Below, in pieces: positions 1 through 11,752 of a DNA stretch of 64,000 bases. Location of the stretch: the NCBI GenBank assembly GCA_964016885.1, contig OZ024746.1, positions 63,550,001-63,614,000 on the forward strand. The letters are read 5' to 3'. Position 1 is the stretch's first letter. Each line of letters begins with the position of its first letter. The translations under genes and the position numbers were made by a program. Under the pieces are notes generated by a model that was given only the letters and a program-made list of their open reading frames with translations, made no database searches and was not told where the DNA came from. Origin of the DNA: Eledone cirrhosa. Its lineage: Eukaryota.

Positions 1-300
1 CAGGATAGATGCTATCAAATCCTGCTGCCTTGCCTGCTTTGGTGGATGAAAGGCCAGTAACCATCTCACTTATGTGCAAGGTCTAGCAAGTGGGGTACTC
101 TTTGGTGAAGATGAGTAGGTTGCTGAGAGATTCTTACAGACTTCTTGACATGTCTCCTTGGTTGAAGGTGCTTTGGAGTTGAGAAGTAGGTGTGATGCAA
201 CTGCATTAGCAGTTACTTCTGGTGGCTGGTGTTGAATGAGAGATGCTGCACCAAGTCGCCAAAGGAGATTCCATGCTTTCCTAACTGAGTGACAACTCTT
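1..300 (-). mobile_element. Decayed non-LTR retrotransposon fragment (Ingi/Vingi-like ORF region upstream of the RT)
   Basis: Minus-strand peptides HSVRKAWNLLWRLGAAS, VTANAVASHLL and GKAAGFDSIYP resemble the pre-RT motifs of I-group LINEs; the reading frame is broken. Confidence 0.5.
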
Positions 301-738
301 CCACTATTTAGCTCTCGACATATCTTATGCATTGATCTGTAGGATACATAGAGTTTTCCCGATGTGTCTGGAAGGTTGGCCTTTAGAAGGGCCGTGGCGG
401 TGATGACTCATAAGAGTCATGAGCAAAAGGATTTTGACAATAAAGCAAGTTGATTGTACAAGCTGTGCATATATCGAGCAATGGCATTAGCTGGAATGAA
501 TTCCATACAGGGTGGACCACATAAAGGTTGCCATTTCCCACCCCAACAAAACTCTTCAGCTATACCAAAGATATGACAACTTGCTTAGTGTTGGTGCTAT
601 GATAAAATGTACTTGCTAGAGCACATGGTTGTATATTGGGCCTTCAGTCCACCTTGAGGTCAAAATCTCTGCTCCAGTACTGACTGGTCAGTGATAACAT
701 ATCCAACCCTTGCTAGCAGGGAATAACAGACATTAAAC

Positions 739-940
739 AATGATGATGATGAACGATAGTGGTTGTGATGTTGTTGTTGTTGTTGTGGGTGGTGTTGGTG
801 GCGGAGGTTATGCTGCAGGAAATTGTGGTGATTATGATGGCAATGGTGGAGATGGTGGAGTTGGGTGGTCATAGTGATGATGATAAGTTTGGTTGGTGAT
901 AATGATGAGAATGACAATGATGATTATGATGATGATGATG
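739..940. repeat. Mixed trinucleotide low-complexity tract (GAT/GTT/GGT)
   Basis: Seen directly in the sequence. Confidence 0.85.
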
Positions 941-967
941 AAAGGAAAGTACTGAAAGATTACTTAC

Positions 968-1072
968 CAGAGAGATAACAGCAGCTAAGTGGTCTTTGCT
1001 TACTGAATAATGTAAAGCTGTCCATCCTCGATGACCCTTTAAATTTGGGTCAACATCATATTCAAGTAAAGT
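968..1072 (-). CDS. TRPA1: TRPA1-like ankyrin-repeat channel, coding exon 4 (TLLEYDVDPNLKGHRGWTALHYSVSKDHLAAVISL)
   Basis: ttctctcAG acceptor at 1074-1073 and CTG|GTAAGT donor at 967; 105 nt, phase 0/0; ankyrin GWTALH motif; in frame with the exon at 5448-5623. The gene continues beyond the left edge. Confidence 0.85.
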
Positions 1073-1325
1073 CTGAGAGAAAAGAAAACAGAAATCTGTA
1101 GAATTCTTTATTTTGATAATGTCCAATTGTTTTATGCTTCAAATTTATTCCAATGATTTTGTTATCTTTTTGTATGGGATAAGTTATTATGAGGAACATA
1201 AAGAACCTTTAAAAAAAACAACAGGTAGCAAAAACTGACTTGACAAGGACTCAATACTAGAAGTAGAGTGTAAATAATTTATTCAAGTGAAATGTGGGAG
1301 AACTATGACTACAAAGTTTCACTAT

Positions 1326-1427
1326 CAGCAGCAGCAGCAGCAGCAACAACAACAACAACATCACCATCAGCAGCAACATCACCAGCAGCAACAACAGCAA
1401 CATCACCAGCAGCAACATCAGCAGTAG
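1326..1427. repeat. (CAG/CAA)n intronic triplet tract
   Basis: Seen directly in the sequence. Confidence 0.85.
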
Positions 1428-1549
1428 CATGTCAGACTGTCTGATGGGCTTTTCCTAGTGTAACCTTGTTGTCACAGCAGCATCACATATCACTTGAATA
1501 AATTATGTATAAACCACCAAACAGAAGGATTTGCAGAATTATTAGAACA

Positions 1550-1735
1550 TCAGACATTATGGTATTTGTTCTGGTTCTTTACATTCTCAGATCTAATCCT
1601 GCTAAGGTCAACTTTGCATTTCATCCTTCAGGGGTTGATAAAATAAAATACCAATCAATTACTGGAGTTGATATAATCAATTTTTCCCTCCCCTCAGATT
1701 GCTGACTTGAACTGCATAAATCAGAAACAATTCTT
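1550..1735 (+). mobile_element. Degenerate tRNA-derived SINE (family with the GCCTTTCATCCTT..GGGGTCGATAAAATAAAGTACCAG core)
   Basis: Similar to cleaner copies at 56540 and 57286. Confidence 0.7.
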
Positions 1736-1822
1736 ACAAGTAAATGAAAAAATGAAAATTTTAACATTATAAACTACTAATGAGTATTTGTGTATTTCAC
1801 ATGAGTGATATATATATAATAA

Positions 1823-2165
1823 GGCACATAACTTAGTGGTTAGAACATTGGTCTTGCAATCGAAAGGTTGTGAGTTCAATTCTCAGACCGGGTGATGTGT
1901 TGTGTCCTTGAGCAAGACACTTTATTTTTTCACATTGCTCCAGTTTACTCAGCTGTAGAAATGAGATGATAGGGACTGGGGTCCATATCATTCCACTGCA
2001 AAGTGGTCGTGGAGGTGCCACAGCAAAAAAGCACCCAGCACTCACTGTAAATGAGGTTGGTGTTAGGAAGGGCATCCAGCTGTAGAAATCAAGCCAGAAT
2101 CAGTTCCCGTCCCACCCTTGCAAGCAGGGAAAAAGCGGACGTAAAATGAAATGATGAAATGAATG
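1823..2165 (+). mobile_element. tRNA-headed CORE-type SINE with an RTE-derived 3' tail
   Basis: tRNA-like A/B boxes (TAGTGGTTAG..GAGTTCAATTC), CORE-like GTGTCCTTGAGCAAGACACTT, and a tail matching the 3' end of the LINE at 23340-23398. Confidence 0.8.
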
Positions 2166-3157
2166 AGTGTAACCGAAGATGCAGCTGCGAGTAGCAGATT
2201 CGCAATCGATTTTCGAACGCTGTCACAAAGCACTCAGTAAAAGAGTAATAAATAAATTACACCACAGGGTAATCACAATAAGTTAGGTAATAGTGACACA
2301 ATGAAAAATGCCACCAGAGGCGTGTTGCCACCTTAATACTACAACAATGAAAAATATATATTTTGGGTTGTCAAGTATGAAATTTGAGGAAAAAAACAAA
2401 TTTATACAAATTTCATACTTGGCGACCCAATATATCAAGTTTAATAGAGAAATGGATTCTACAGGACTAGAGCTGTTTCATTCAAAAGAAATCATCAGGA
2501 ACTTGATGTTTACACTCTACTAATATATTGAGTACATTACTTACTCACAGACACACCATACAACTGATCTAATTTACTCTTCTTTTGACGGCACTGATGT
2601 AAGGGCCATACTCACATATATCTACATATATTTGAAAAAAAGAGTGGTGGTTGGTGTTCTTTAATAATTCAAATCTTTACAGTAAATCATATTAGATATA
2701 AAGACAAACAAAGAATCTTCCAACCAATCTCTGAGTTCTTGAAAAGAGTCAGAGTGAGGAACAGCCCTTTCTGTCCCAGACTAAACAGTAAAAAACAAAA
2801 CAAGACAAAAAGTAAAATAAAACAAGAACAAAGGTGGTTATTAACATCAAAAACTTCTATAGTATTTTTAAGAGAGTGTTTCCTTCTCCAAGTTATATCT
2901 ATGGTGAAATAATTCAATGAAACAGCCGACAATTAGACAGAGCAGCCAGCTGTATCTCATTATTACAGAACCTATTTACAGCTAAGTTAGGTCAAGAAGT
3001 GCTCCCTTTGTTATGGACACAAGGGTGATAGAAACTGATGACCTTTCAGCCAGCAGAACACAGGAATCTCTATACAGTTGAGCAATATGCTAGAAATAGT
3101 AGTCGAAAGTCCCTCAAATAACATCTTGCTTTTAAAAAAGAATTGGCAGTCATTTAA

Positions 3158-3377
3158 CCCTTTAGCATTCACATTACTCTATATATACTATTATATTTTC
3201 ATAGTAAAGGCTTTATCTCGGATAATTATCTCACATAATATCGAATCTATGAGATTTTGAAAGTATTTATTTTGAGAACAGTACCTTAACATCAGTTTGA
3301 GTGACCAGTTACAGCCAGTTTCAAAAGAAAAAAGTAGAGAATTGTGGCCGGTTTTGGCCGGTTTGAACATTAAAGGG
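3158..3377 (+). mobile_element. piggyBac-type MITE, family 1
   Basis: TTAA|CCCTTTAG...TAAAGGG|TTAA: TTAA target duplication and CCC/GGG termini; several copies in the window. Confidence 0.85.
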
Positions 3378-3604
3378 TTAATACTGGAGTTGATTCTCTC
3401 TCTCTCTCCCCCCAAAATTGCTGACCTTGTGCCTAAATCAGAAACCATTATTATTATAGCAACTCTGTGTTTGGGTGTCAACATTTTCAAATTTATATTT
3501 TTACTTATATTTTACTAATATACTTTCACATCATTTAAGAACTAAATTAGAAGAGATGAATTCATAACAATATATAGTTCCTCAATTATCAAACTAATTC
3601 TAAA

Positions 3605-3772
3605 TTGAATACATATGAGAAAATGAGAAAACTCATCATTGTCTCTCTGTTGACCACTGGCCGCTGGTCTCTATCCTCTGAGGCATTTTTGCCCATCACT
3701 GTCTCTGACAGCATTTAGCTGCTTTAACGGCTGTTTCTAGTGATGAGTTTTCTCATTTTTACATGTATTCAA
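3605..3772. repeat. Imperfect ~33 bp inverted repeat with a ~100 bp spacer
   Basis: TTGAATACAT..AAAATGAGAAAACTCATCA (3605-3638) versus TGATGAGTTTTCTCATTTT..ATGTATTCAA (3741-3772). Confidence 0.7.
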
Positions 3773-4871
3773 TCAAATACACTCTCGCTTCGTCTCAATC
3801 AGAGACAGTCAGAGACAGAGACAACATTGTTATAATTCTAAATAATTCAATTTAATGATTTAATTATATTTTCAATAATTTTTGCCATTTTACTACCAAA
3901 TTTCTGTGTTGGTATGGTTTCAGTGACTGTAAATCACAATTTCTCATTTTCTGGAATATAAATATAGTTAGAATACAGTTGTTTAAAAATATCAGATGCA
4001 TTTAGTAAGGAGAGTACGTTGAAGTTTTAACATTCACCATATAATGTTTCAATACCCACAACGCACTCCTAGAGAGGCCAGTGATTACATTACAATATAG
4101 TGTAAAAGATCTACCAACTATAAAGAAAAACAAAACAAAATCTTTGGGTATAGGGGTTCTGAAAAGTTTCAATAGAACTTTCTAGCTGCTTTTAGCTTCC
4201 TTTGCTTTTTATTTTTTTAATTTATTTTTTTAATTTATCTTTTTTTTATGCTTATTTTGCCTCCCTTTGGTTTTCCTTATTTGAATTAATTTATTTTTTT
4301 CAATTTGATTTTTTTACATTCCTTTAAATCTGACTATGTTTTTTTTTTGTTTGTTTCTTAATTGTAAAAAGTACTAGATACTTCCCCTAATCGGTCATGG
4401 CTTACTAGCTCTATATAGACGTTTAAATTGATTAAATAAATAAATAAGCAACGTTATTTACTCTAAATGTTTTAGCTGGTGTGTTTAGGAATTTAACTAA
4501 TAACATTTCCAGAGAAGAAGGCTTTATCTTAGATTAGAAGGGTAGTATTCATTGGTGGCCTTGTGACACATTTAGGATTTAAGGGGAACTAAATATAAGG
4601 AGCAGAAAGTTAAGAATATATATTTTGTGACAATATATCTATTGAAATATACTATAGGTTTTCATTAATTATGGGGAAAAATAAAAAAATTTGGCATGAT
4701 TTAATAGAATCAACTAACTTTTATGTTAATAAGCTGTTATATAGGTCATCATCAAGATTGGATGTGTTAGACGAGTTGTCACAGTATGAGACAAGTCAGG
4801 TCAGGTGACCTGATCTGGTTTTAGCTTGGTTTCTATAGCTGGATACCTTTCATAATGCCAACCATGCTACA

Positions 4872-5222
4872 GTATGGACTTTTTACCATGGCACCAGTAT
4901 AACCATCTGTTGAGGTGGACTGGGTGTTTTTTATCATGGCACCAGCATAACCATCTGTTGAGGTGGACTGGGTGCTTTTTATCATGGCACCAGCATGACC
5001 ATCTGTTGATGTGGACTGGGTGCTTTTTATCATGGCACCAGCATGACCATCTGTTGATGTGGACTGGGTGCTTTTTATCATGGCACCAGCATGACCATCT
5101 GTTGATGTGGACTGGGTGCTTTTTATCATGGACCCGCATGACCATCTGTTGATGTGGACTGGGTGCTTTTTATCATGGCACCAGCATGACCATCTGTTGA
5201 TGTGGACTGGGTGCTTTTTCAT
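4872..5222. repeat. 48-bp minisatellite, about 7 units, derived from a SINE/LINE 3' UTR motif
   Basis: Unit TTTTATCATGGCACCAGCATGACCATCTGTTGATGTGGACTGGGTGCT; more diverged relatives at about 8530-8750, 9190-9410 and 15590-15800. Confidence 0.9.
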
Positions 5223-5447
5223 CTAGTGCTATGACAAAAAGCACCCATTCACCCTGTAAGGTAGTAGTGTTGGTGTCACAAAAAAGACCCTGTAAGGCAG
5301 TTGGAAGCCAAAATCAGAGCAAGATGTGGTTGCCTGATCTGTCTTGCCTCATGACATGACAGCCTGTCTAACCCATGCAAGGATGGAAAATAGATGTTAA
5401 AAGGTGATAATGATGATGGTGATGATGATGATGATAGCAAAGCTTAC

Positions 5448-5623
5448 CTGCAAGATATTAATGGCTCTCATATCAGCAGCTACATGAAGAGGTGACACAT
5501 GACAGCTGTTTAAGATTGTAGAGTCAGCATTGTGACAAAGTAAAAAGTCAACACTGAGGTTTTGTCTCATTTTCACTGCAATATGAAGAGCTGTATTGCC
5601 ATTGTTTTCTTGTTTATTGATGT
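5448..5623 (-). CDS. TRPA1: TRPA1-like, coding exon 3 (DINKQENNGNTALHIAVK...VSPLHVAADMRAINILQ)
   Basis: tatacAG acceptor and CAG|GTAAGC donor; 176 nt, phase 1/0; two ankyrin repeats. Confidence 0.9.
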
Positions 5624-5870
5624 CTGTATAAAGAGATGGTGAATCTGACAATCATAACTGTTGTTGTAACAATTGTAATAATAGTATAAATAACATATAT
5701 AGGAGGAAACTGGTAGTGGTAGTTGTGGTGGTGGTGAGCTTCAACACAATTTCCATCTACCAAATGCCACTCCCAAGGTATTGGTTAAACTAGTTTGGCA
5801 AATACTTCCCCAAGAATCTGTGCAGTGGAATCAATCCTGAAATCTCATAATTGTAAAACAAATTTCTTAA

Positions 5871-6079
5871 CCCTTTATCATTTACATTACTCTATATAAA
5901 CTATTATATTTTCACAGTAAATGCTTTAACCTCACATAATATTGAATCTATGAGATTTTGATATTATTTATTTTGAGAACAATACTTTAATATTAGTATG
6001 AGTGGCCAGTTACAGCTGGTTTGAACAGACAGAGGTGAGATAATTCTGGCCGGATATGACCGGTTTAAATGCTAAAGGG
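5871..6079 (+). mobile_element. piggyBac-type MITE, family 1
   Basis: TTAA|CCCTTTA...TAAAGGG|TTAA; homologous to 3158-3377. Confidence 0.85.
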
Positions 6080-6402
6080 TTAAGCTTAACCACACATACA
6101 TCTATAGTATGTTGTATACACTATATATCCATGACTAGTAAAAAATTATATATATATATATATACACACATATATACATATATCAATATGACACTGGTTT
6201 TTAACAGTCAATGTTGGTAGTCATCAGAGAAGCCCAAGGCTTAAGGAGCCGAAACCTATCATCACATGATTGTTATGTAATTAAGAATGGATTTGAGCCT
6301 AATCACTGGTGAAAGATGTATCAAAAAGGTATATATGAAATAAACATATGTTAAACTAATCTCTCTCTCGCACTTTCTCTGTTGGTACTTGGTGTATATA
6401 TA

Positions 6403-6714
6403 TCATCATCATACATCCACTTTTCCCTGCTTGGAACTGATTCCGGCTTCATTTCTATAGCTGGATGCCCTTCCTAACACAAACCTCGTTTACAGTGAGT
6501 GGTGGGTGCTTTTTTCCGTGGTGCCTACATATCCACTTTGCAGTGGAATGATAGGGACCTCAGTCCCTATCATCTCATTTCTACAGCTGAGTAAACTGGA
6601 GCAATGTGAAATAAAGTGTCTTGCTCAAGGAAACAATACATCACCCGATCTGAGAATTGAACTCACAACCTTTTGATTGCAAGGCCAATGCTCTAACCAC
6701 TAAGCCATGTGCCT

Positions 6715-6717
<3 letters not shown>
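6403..6717 (-). mobile_element. tRNA-headed CORE-type SINE (same family as 1823-2165)
   Basis: Reverse-complement homolog with a (GAT)n tail. Confidence 0.8.
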
Positions 6718-6774
<57 letters not shown>

Positions 6775-6800
6775 GCACACACACACACACATATACATAT
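6718..6800. repeat. (TA)n/(CA)n microsatellite
   Basis: Seen directly in the sequence. Confidence 0.95.
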
Positions 6801-6918
6801 ATAGGAAAAAGTATGACCCCGACGGCAGAGCTCAAGCCGTTTCGACGGCTATTTCTGAGTCCAGGAATAGCCGTCGAAACGGCTTGAGCTCTGCCGTCGG
6901 GGTCATACTTTTTCCTAT
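6801..6918. repeat. Near-perfect 118-bp palindrome (53-bp perfect arms)
   Basis: 6801-6853 is the exact reverse complement of 6866-6918; the stem extends with one G-T pair to a 4-nt loop. Confidence 0.95.
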
Positions 6919-7305
6919 TTCCCACTCTACTAACCTAAGTATTGAGTACTCTGGTGCGTTATGGTCCATCTGGTTCCTTACCACATTTCCTTTGTTTTAT
7001 ATATATATATATATAATTGCCGGCTTAGTAAAATTGAATCTTTGGCGGTGTGCAAGCAAATTCGACCTACGATATGAATGAGTTAGCAAAGCACTCGACA
7101 AGGCAGGTCCTTAGAGTAATAACATACGTTTAAATAGCTTGACAAATTGAACATTGTGGTAGGCAAAATCTAACACACAATACCAAAGTAACGAAAGAAC
7201 TAACAGGTTGAAAAAACACACCTGGACAAATCAAACGTTATACGTTTAAAGTGATTCTATGAATCTGAAATCAAATATCAGACTTATGTAACTGGCAAGC
7301 CCGTG

Positions 7306-7308
<3 letters not shown>

Positions 7309-7360
<52 letters not shown>

Positions 7361-7408
7361 ACACACACACATACACACACACACACACATACACACACAC
7401 ACACACAC
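7309..7408. repeat. (CA)n microsatellite
   Basis: Seen directly in the sequence. Confidence 0.95.
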
Positions 7409-8037
7409 GTGAGGAATCAAAACATCATATATGTTTGATTTTTGTGGTTCTCAATAAAAAAGCTCAATAGACTTTGTTCAGAATTATAATAATTCAAAGG
7501 TAAAAGTTATATATATATATATAGAGAGAGAGATAAAGGACCATATATCAAAGAGAATACACAACATATTGTATATATACAAAGCACATATTTCAAAGAA
7601 TAATATGTTCTCTAGATCATTGTGTATATGTATATATGTGAGTGTATATAAATATATATGTATGTATAAATATACATGTGTGTTTTTACATATTTTACAG
7701 TTACTTCTTGTGTTATACATACATACAGTTACTTTACAGTTACTTCTTGTGTTATACATACATATATATATATATATATTTAATATAGAAAGGCTTCTAC
7801 AGGACTAGAACTGTTTCATGCTTTGTATTGAGTACCTTACTTACTGTGGTTACTCCCGATTGAACCCGGGATAAACATATATATATATATATATATGTAC
7901 ATATATATATATATGTACATATATACACGTACATATATACACATACATATATGCGCGCACACACACACACACAGCAAAGTATGTCAATAAAATTAAACTG
8001 TTAAAGCTGTAATTTCTTTTTTGTATAAAATACTTAC

Positions 8038-8194
8038 CACCACCATGTCCAAGTATATATGCCATAATAGAGACATGTGAATGTGCTGCAGCCAAATGGA
8101 AGGCATTTTGACCAATTGAATCACAAGCATCTAAAATATTTGGCTGGCAGAGGTATAGTCTATCAAACTCTTGAGTGTCACCATTCTGGGCTGC
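8038..8194 (-). CDS. TRPA1: TRPA1-like, coding exon 2 (AAQNGDTQEFDRLYLCQPNILDACDSIGQNAFHLAAAHSHVSIMAYILGHGG)
   Basis: taatacAG acceptor and GTG|GTAAGT donor; 157 nt, phase 0/1. The peptide resembles the first ankyrin repeats of invertebrate TRPA1 (AAxxGxxxEFxRLY...HxAAxxxxVxIxxxIxxxGGD), recognised from memory. Confidence 0.85.
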
Positions 8195-8363
8195 CTGTAT
8201 TAAACAAAAATAATAAGAAATAAGCTAAGGTTTATTGAATTTAACTTCTTCATTACCAAGTAGTTTGTTATTTCATGGCTATGGCAATGCGATATTAAAG
8301 ATAAATCTTGAAAGATTGAAGGCAACGAAGGTGTTCAGTGTTATCTGATAGTTTATATATTGG

Positions 8364-8401
8364 TCCTTATATTTCGGGATTAAAATCCCTTCATCAGAAG
8401 A
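8364..8401 (-). ncRNA. Minimal type I hammerhead ribozyme motif inside a ~200 bp dispersed repeat
   Basis: Minus strand TCTT-CTGATGA-A-GGGATT-TT-AATCCC-GAAA-TA-TA|AGGA: catalytic core, 6-bp stem II, tiny palindromic stem III, 4-bp stem I. Confidence 0.65.
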
Positions 8402-8872
8402 TTAAAATAAAAAATTGGTTCAAAACTGTGCATTTTGGTTGTTATAGAGTCACCATCTTACTGCTTATGTATAACAATTAATTTTGAAAATTTTAAGAAT
8501 GAAATGAAATAGCTAACCTTTTCATTACATCCAGCAAAATGCATCCAGTCTACCCTGCAAAGTGGTAGAGCTAGTGTCACAAAAAAAAGCACCCAGCCCA
8601 CTGAGTAAGGAGGTAGTACTGGTGCCATAACAAAATGCACATAGCCCACCTTGTAAGGTGGTAGTACTCGTGCCATAAGAAAAAACACCTAGTCCACCCT
8701 GTAAAGTAATAGTGGTGGTGCCATAACAAAACACTCAATTTACTCTGCAAGGTAAGGTGTCCAATTTTCCTTGTCACCAGGAGATAAAATGTTTGACTTG
8801 TTAGACTATTTTTCATAGTCAAAAACGTATGTTGAAGCTGTTAAGTTTAAATTAGCATATATTTAAAATACG

Positions 8873-9010
8873 TTAACCTTGGTCTTCTTCTTCTAGTGTG
8901 TCCATGTAGGGGCTCCCAAGGGAGCACTGAGTGCAATGTCAACTCTGGATGTCGGTGAGCATGTCCAGCTAACCTCAGTCTCCTCTGTGTCACTTTTGAG
9001 CCCTAAGGAC
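8873..9010 (-). mobile_element. RTE-clade LINE C-terminal fragment
   Basis: Peptide SKVTQRRLRLAGHAHRHPELTLHSVLPWEPLHGHTRRRPRLT is typical of the RTE ORF C-terminus. Confidence 0.7.
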
Positions 9011-9429
9011 AGACACTGGTCTGTTGGAGACGCAGGACATGGCAGCGATAATGAGGGACAGAGACCGCTGGAGAGAACTCGTCCATGGATCTCGGGAATT
9101 TTACCCGCCTTAGATAGATAGATATTTAAAATACATAACCTGCTTAACATCATCATTTAAAGTTGATTTTACAGGGTGTACTCTTTTGTCTTTACACCAG
9201 AATGATCACCTTGCAGGGTTGACTGGGTGCTTTTTTTTTGTCATGGTACCAGTATGACCACCTTACAGAATGAACTGAGTGGTTTTTGTTATGACAATTA
9301 CTGGGTGGACTGGGTGTTTTTTGTCATGTCATCAGCATGATCACCATTACAGAGTGGACTGAGTGTTGTCATATAGAACAGACTGGATGTGTTTTGTTGT
9401 CATCAGCACCACTGTCTTATGCCTTATAG

Positions 9430-9635
9430 CAGGCATGTCAAACTGAGGGTCCCCAAAGGATCACAGGGGTCACATATGTGTTGTCTGAGGGCCACACATG
9501 ACAACTAATTGCACACATTACAACTAATATTTTTTATTTTATATTACGTTTGCGCTGCGAAAACCTTTGTGCAGGCCGCAGGGGTGCTTGTAAAGGACCA
9601 CATGCAGCCCACGGGCAGCATGTTTGACATGTCTG
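9430..9635. mobile_element. hAT-superfamily MITE (206 bp)
   Basis: 14-bp TIRs CAGGCATGTCAAAC / GTTTGACATGTCTG; 8-bp TSD ccttatag/ccttttag. Confidence 0.85.
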
Positions 9636-9807
9636 CCTTTTAGCATAGACTGGGTGTTCTTTTTTTTGTCATCAGCACAACCACCTTTCAGTAGTTATAG
9701 TGACATAACTGTGGGAGAGCAGGTATGGAGCATGTCCAGTTTTCAATTCAACACTTCTAAAAATAGATTGCATATATTTATATATAATTATAATTAGACA
9801 AACTTAC

Positions 9808-9993
9808 CAAAAGAGCTTTTGTGGTATTGCTGACCAGGTCATCCAATTGTTGATCAATATCTACAAGAGTAGAATCTGTTTCTTGGTTCTGTACGTTGAC
9901 TTCTAAACCAATATACTCTTCATTATATCTTACTGCTTTGAAACATTGATTTTTGACAGAAGGTACAATTCGGGGTAAATTATTTAGATCCAT
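9808..9993 (-). CDS. TRPA1: TRPA1-like, first coding exon (MDLNNLPRIVPS...LVSNTTKALL)
   Basis: ATG at 9993; TTG|GTAAGT donor, phase 0, joins exon 8038-8194 in frame. A polypyrimidine/AG acceptor at 10015-10014 implies an upstream exon. Confidence 0.75.
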
Positions 9994-10297
9994 GATAAGA
10001 CATTGAAAGAAATCTAGTAGAGAGAGAGAGAAAGTGAAATTGGAAAAGGTGAAGTGAATTGTTTAAAATCAATCCAATATCTGAATAGCAAGAATCAAAG
10101 ATGAAAAGTGGCAAACATTTGGAAATCTTTCAAGCCTAGATATAAAAGTAACAACAGTCAATGAGCATCATAAAATAAACAGTGATGACATGTAGTTAAG
10201 GAAATAATATCTTTGTGACTGTTTACTGAAGAGATTAATAAAAAGATTAAAAATATTATATATATATATCATCATTTTTTTTTCAAAGTGGACGTAA

Positions 10298-10710
10298 AAT
10301 GATGATGATGATGATGATGATATATGTGTGGGGGTGGGATGAAGTGGTGTGAATGTGTGTGTGTGTGTGTGAATGTGTTTGTGTATGAGTGTGTGAATGT
10401 GTGTGTGTGTGTGTGTATGTTTGTGTGTGTGTATGTGAATGTGTGGATGTGTGTGTTAATTAGTGTGTGTGTAAATGTGTAAATGAGTGTGTGCTTGTGC
10501 ACATGTGAATGTGTGTGTGTGTGTGTGAATGTGTGTGTATGTGTAAATGAGTGTGTGCTTGCCCACATGTGAATGTGTGAATGTGTGTGAACACGTGTGA
10601 ATGTGCGTGTGAATGTGTGTGAACACGTGTGAATGTGTGTGTGAATGTGCGTGTATGTATGTGAATGTGTGTACCTGTGAATGTGTATGTGTAAATGAGT
10701 GTGTACTAGT
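10298..10710. repeat. Degenerate (GT)n/GTGAAT microsatellite
   Basis: Seen directly in the sequence. Confidence 0.9.
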
Positions 10711-10859
10711 GTACCTGTGAAGGAGTAGACCTTATTTATATCTGTATTAGTCAACAATAAATAGCAGCCATCTTAACAGTTGACATCCACTGAACCAGAC
10801 ATGGAGGAAGTTAAATACAATATTTACTAATAATTGAATAGATATAAAACCAAAATAAA

Positions 10860-11533
10860 ATGATGATGATGATGATGATGAGGGTGGTGGTGGTGGTGGT
10901 AATGGTGGGGGTGGGGGTGGTGGTAATGATGATGGTGGTGGCGGTGGTAATGATGATGGTGGTGGTAATGGTGGGGATAGTGGTGGTGGTGGTGGTGGTG
11001 GTAATGATGATGGTGGTGGCGGTGGTAATGATGATGGTGGTGGTGGTGGTGGTGGTAATGGTGGGGGTAGTGGTTGTGGTGGTGGTGCTGGTAATGATGA
11101 TGATTAGGGTGGTGGTGGTGGTGGTGGTGGTGGTGGTGGTGATGATGGGGTTAGTGGTAGTGGTGGTGGTATTGGTGATGGTGGTGGTAGTGGTGGTAAT
11201 GATGATGACGTTGGTGTTGGTGGTATTGGTGATGATGGTGGTTGGTGTTAATGATGATGATGGTGGTTGGTGTTAATGGTGATCTTGATGGTAATGATGA
11301 TGATGATGATGAGGTTGGTGAAGGTGGTGGTGTTGGTGATGATGGGATAGTGGTGTTAATGGTGATGATGATGGTGGTGGTGGCAATGATAACAATGAGG
11401 ATGGCAGTGGCAGTGGAGGCGGTAATGATGAAGATGCTGATGATGATGATGAGGTGGTGGTATTGGTGATGATGGAGTAGTGGTGTTAATGATCATGATG
11501 GTAGTGATGGTGGTGATGATGATGATGATGATA
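10860..11533. repeat. (GGT/GAT)n low-complexity tract
   Basis: Seen directly in the sequence. Confidence 0.9.
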
Positions 11534-11614
11534 TGAAGGAGGAGAATGGGAAAGAGGGGAACGCTATGAAATAATTATAACATTGATAGATTATTTTTAA
11601 ATTGACACAAGGTT

Positions 11615-11750
11615 GCATCTGCACACATGGATTGTAGAACCATTGGCAACTGCCAAAGGTTGACCTTGTTCTCTATAATGGAGGTCAAGTGCAGATGTCG
11701 GGATCACACTGATTTTTGCTCCTATGTCAATTAGGAATCTTTGACTGGAA
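11615..11750 (-). mobile_element. Ty3/Gypsy retropepsin remnant
   Basis: RFLIDIGAKISVIP...QPLAVANGSTIHV matches the FLxDTGAxxSVIP...LxxANGSxI protease signature, with the catalytic T changed to I. Confidence 0.7.
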
Positions 11751-11752
11751 AA

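Noticed and set aside
1823-1900. tRNA gene candidates (here and at other SINE heads)
   Set aside because: They are degenerate tRNA-like heads continuous with SINE bodies and lack a complete cloverleaf.
2461-2502. Minus-strand CTGATGA..GAAAC hammerhead-like motif
   Set aside because: Stem I and stem III cannot be paired convincingly; at best a degenerate remnant.
2549-2622. Apparent extra exon with an AG acceptor and GT donor in the TRPA1-like intron
   Set aside because: Stops occur in all three frames from the acceptor, exons 5448-5623 and 968-1072 already join in frame as a continuous ankyrin repeat, and the adjacent sequence recurs at about 7790-7845 as a repeat.
10860-11469. Poly-V/M/D ORFs
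   Set aside because: Translations of a (GGT/GAT)n tract.
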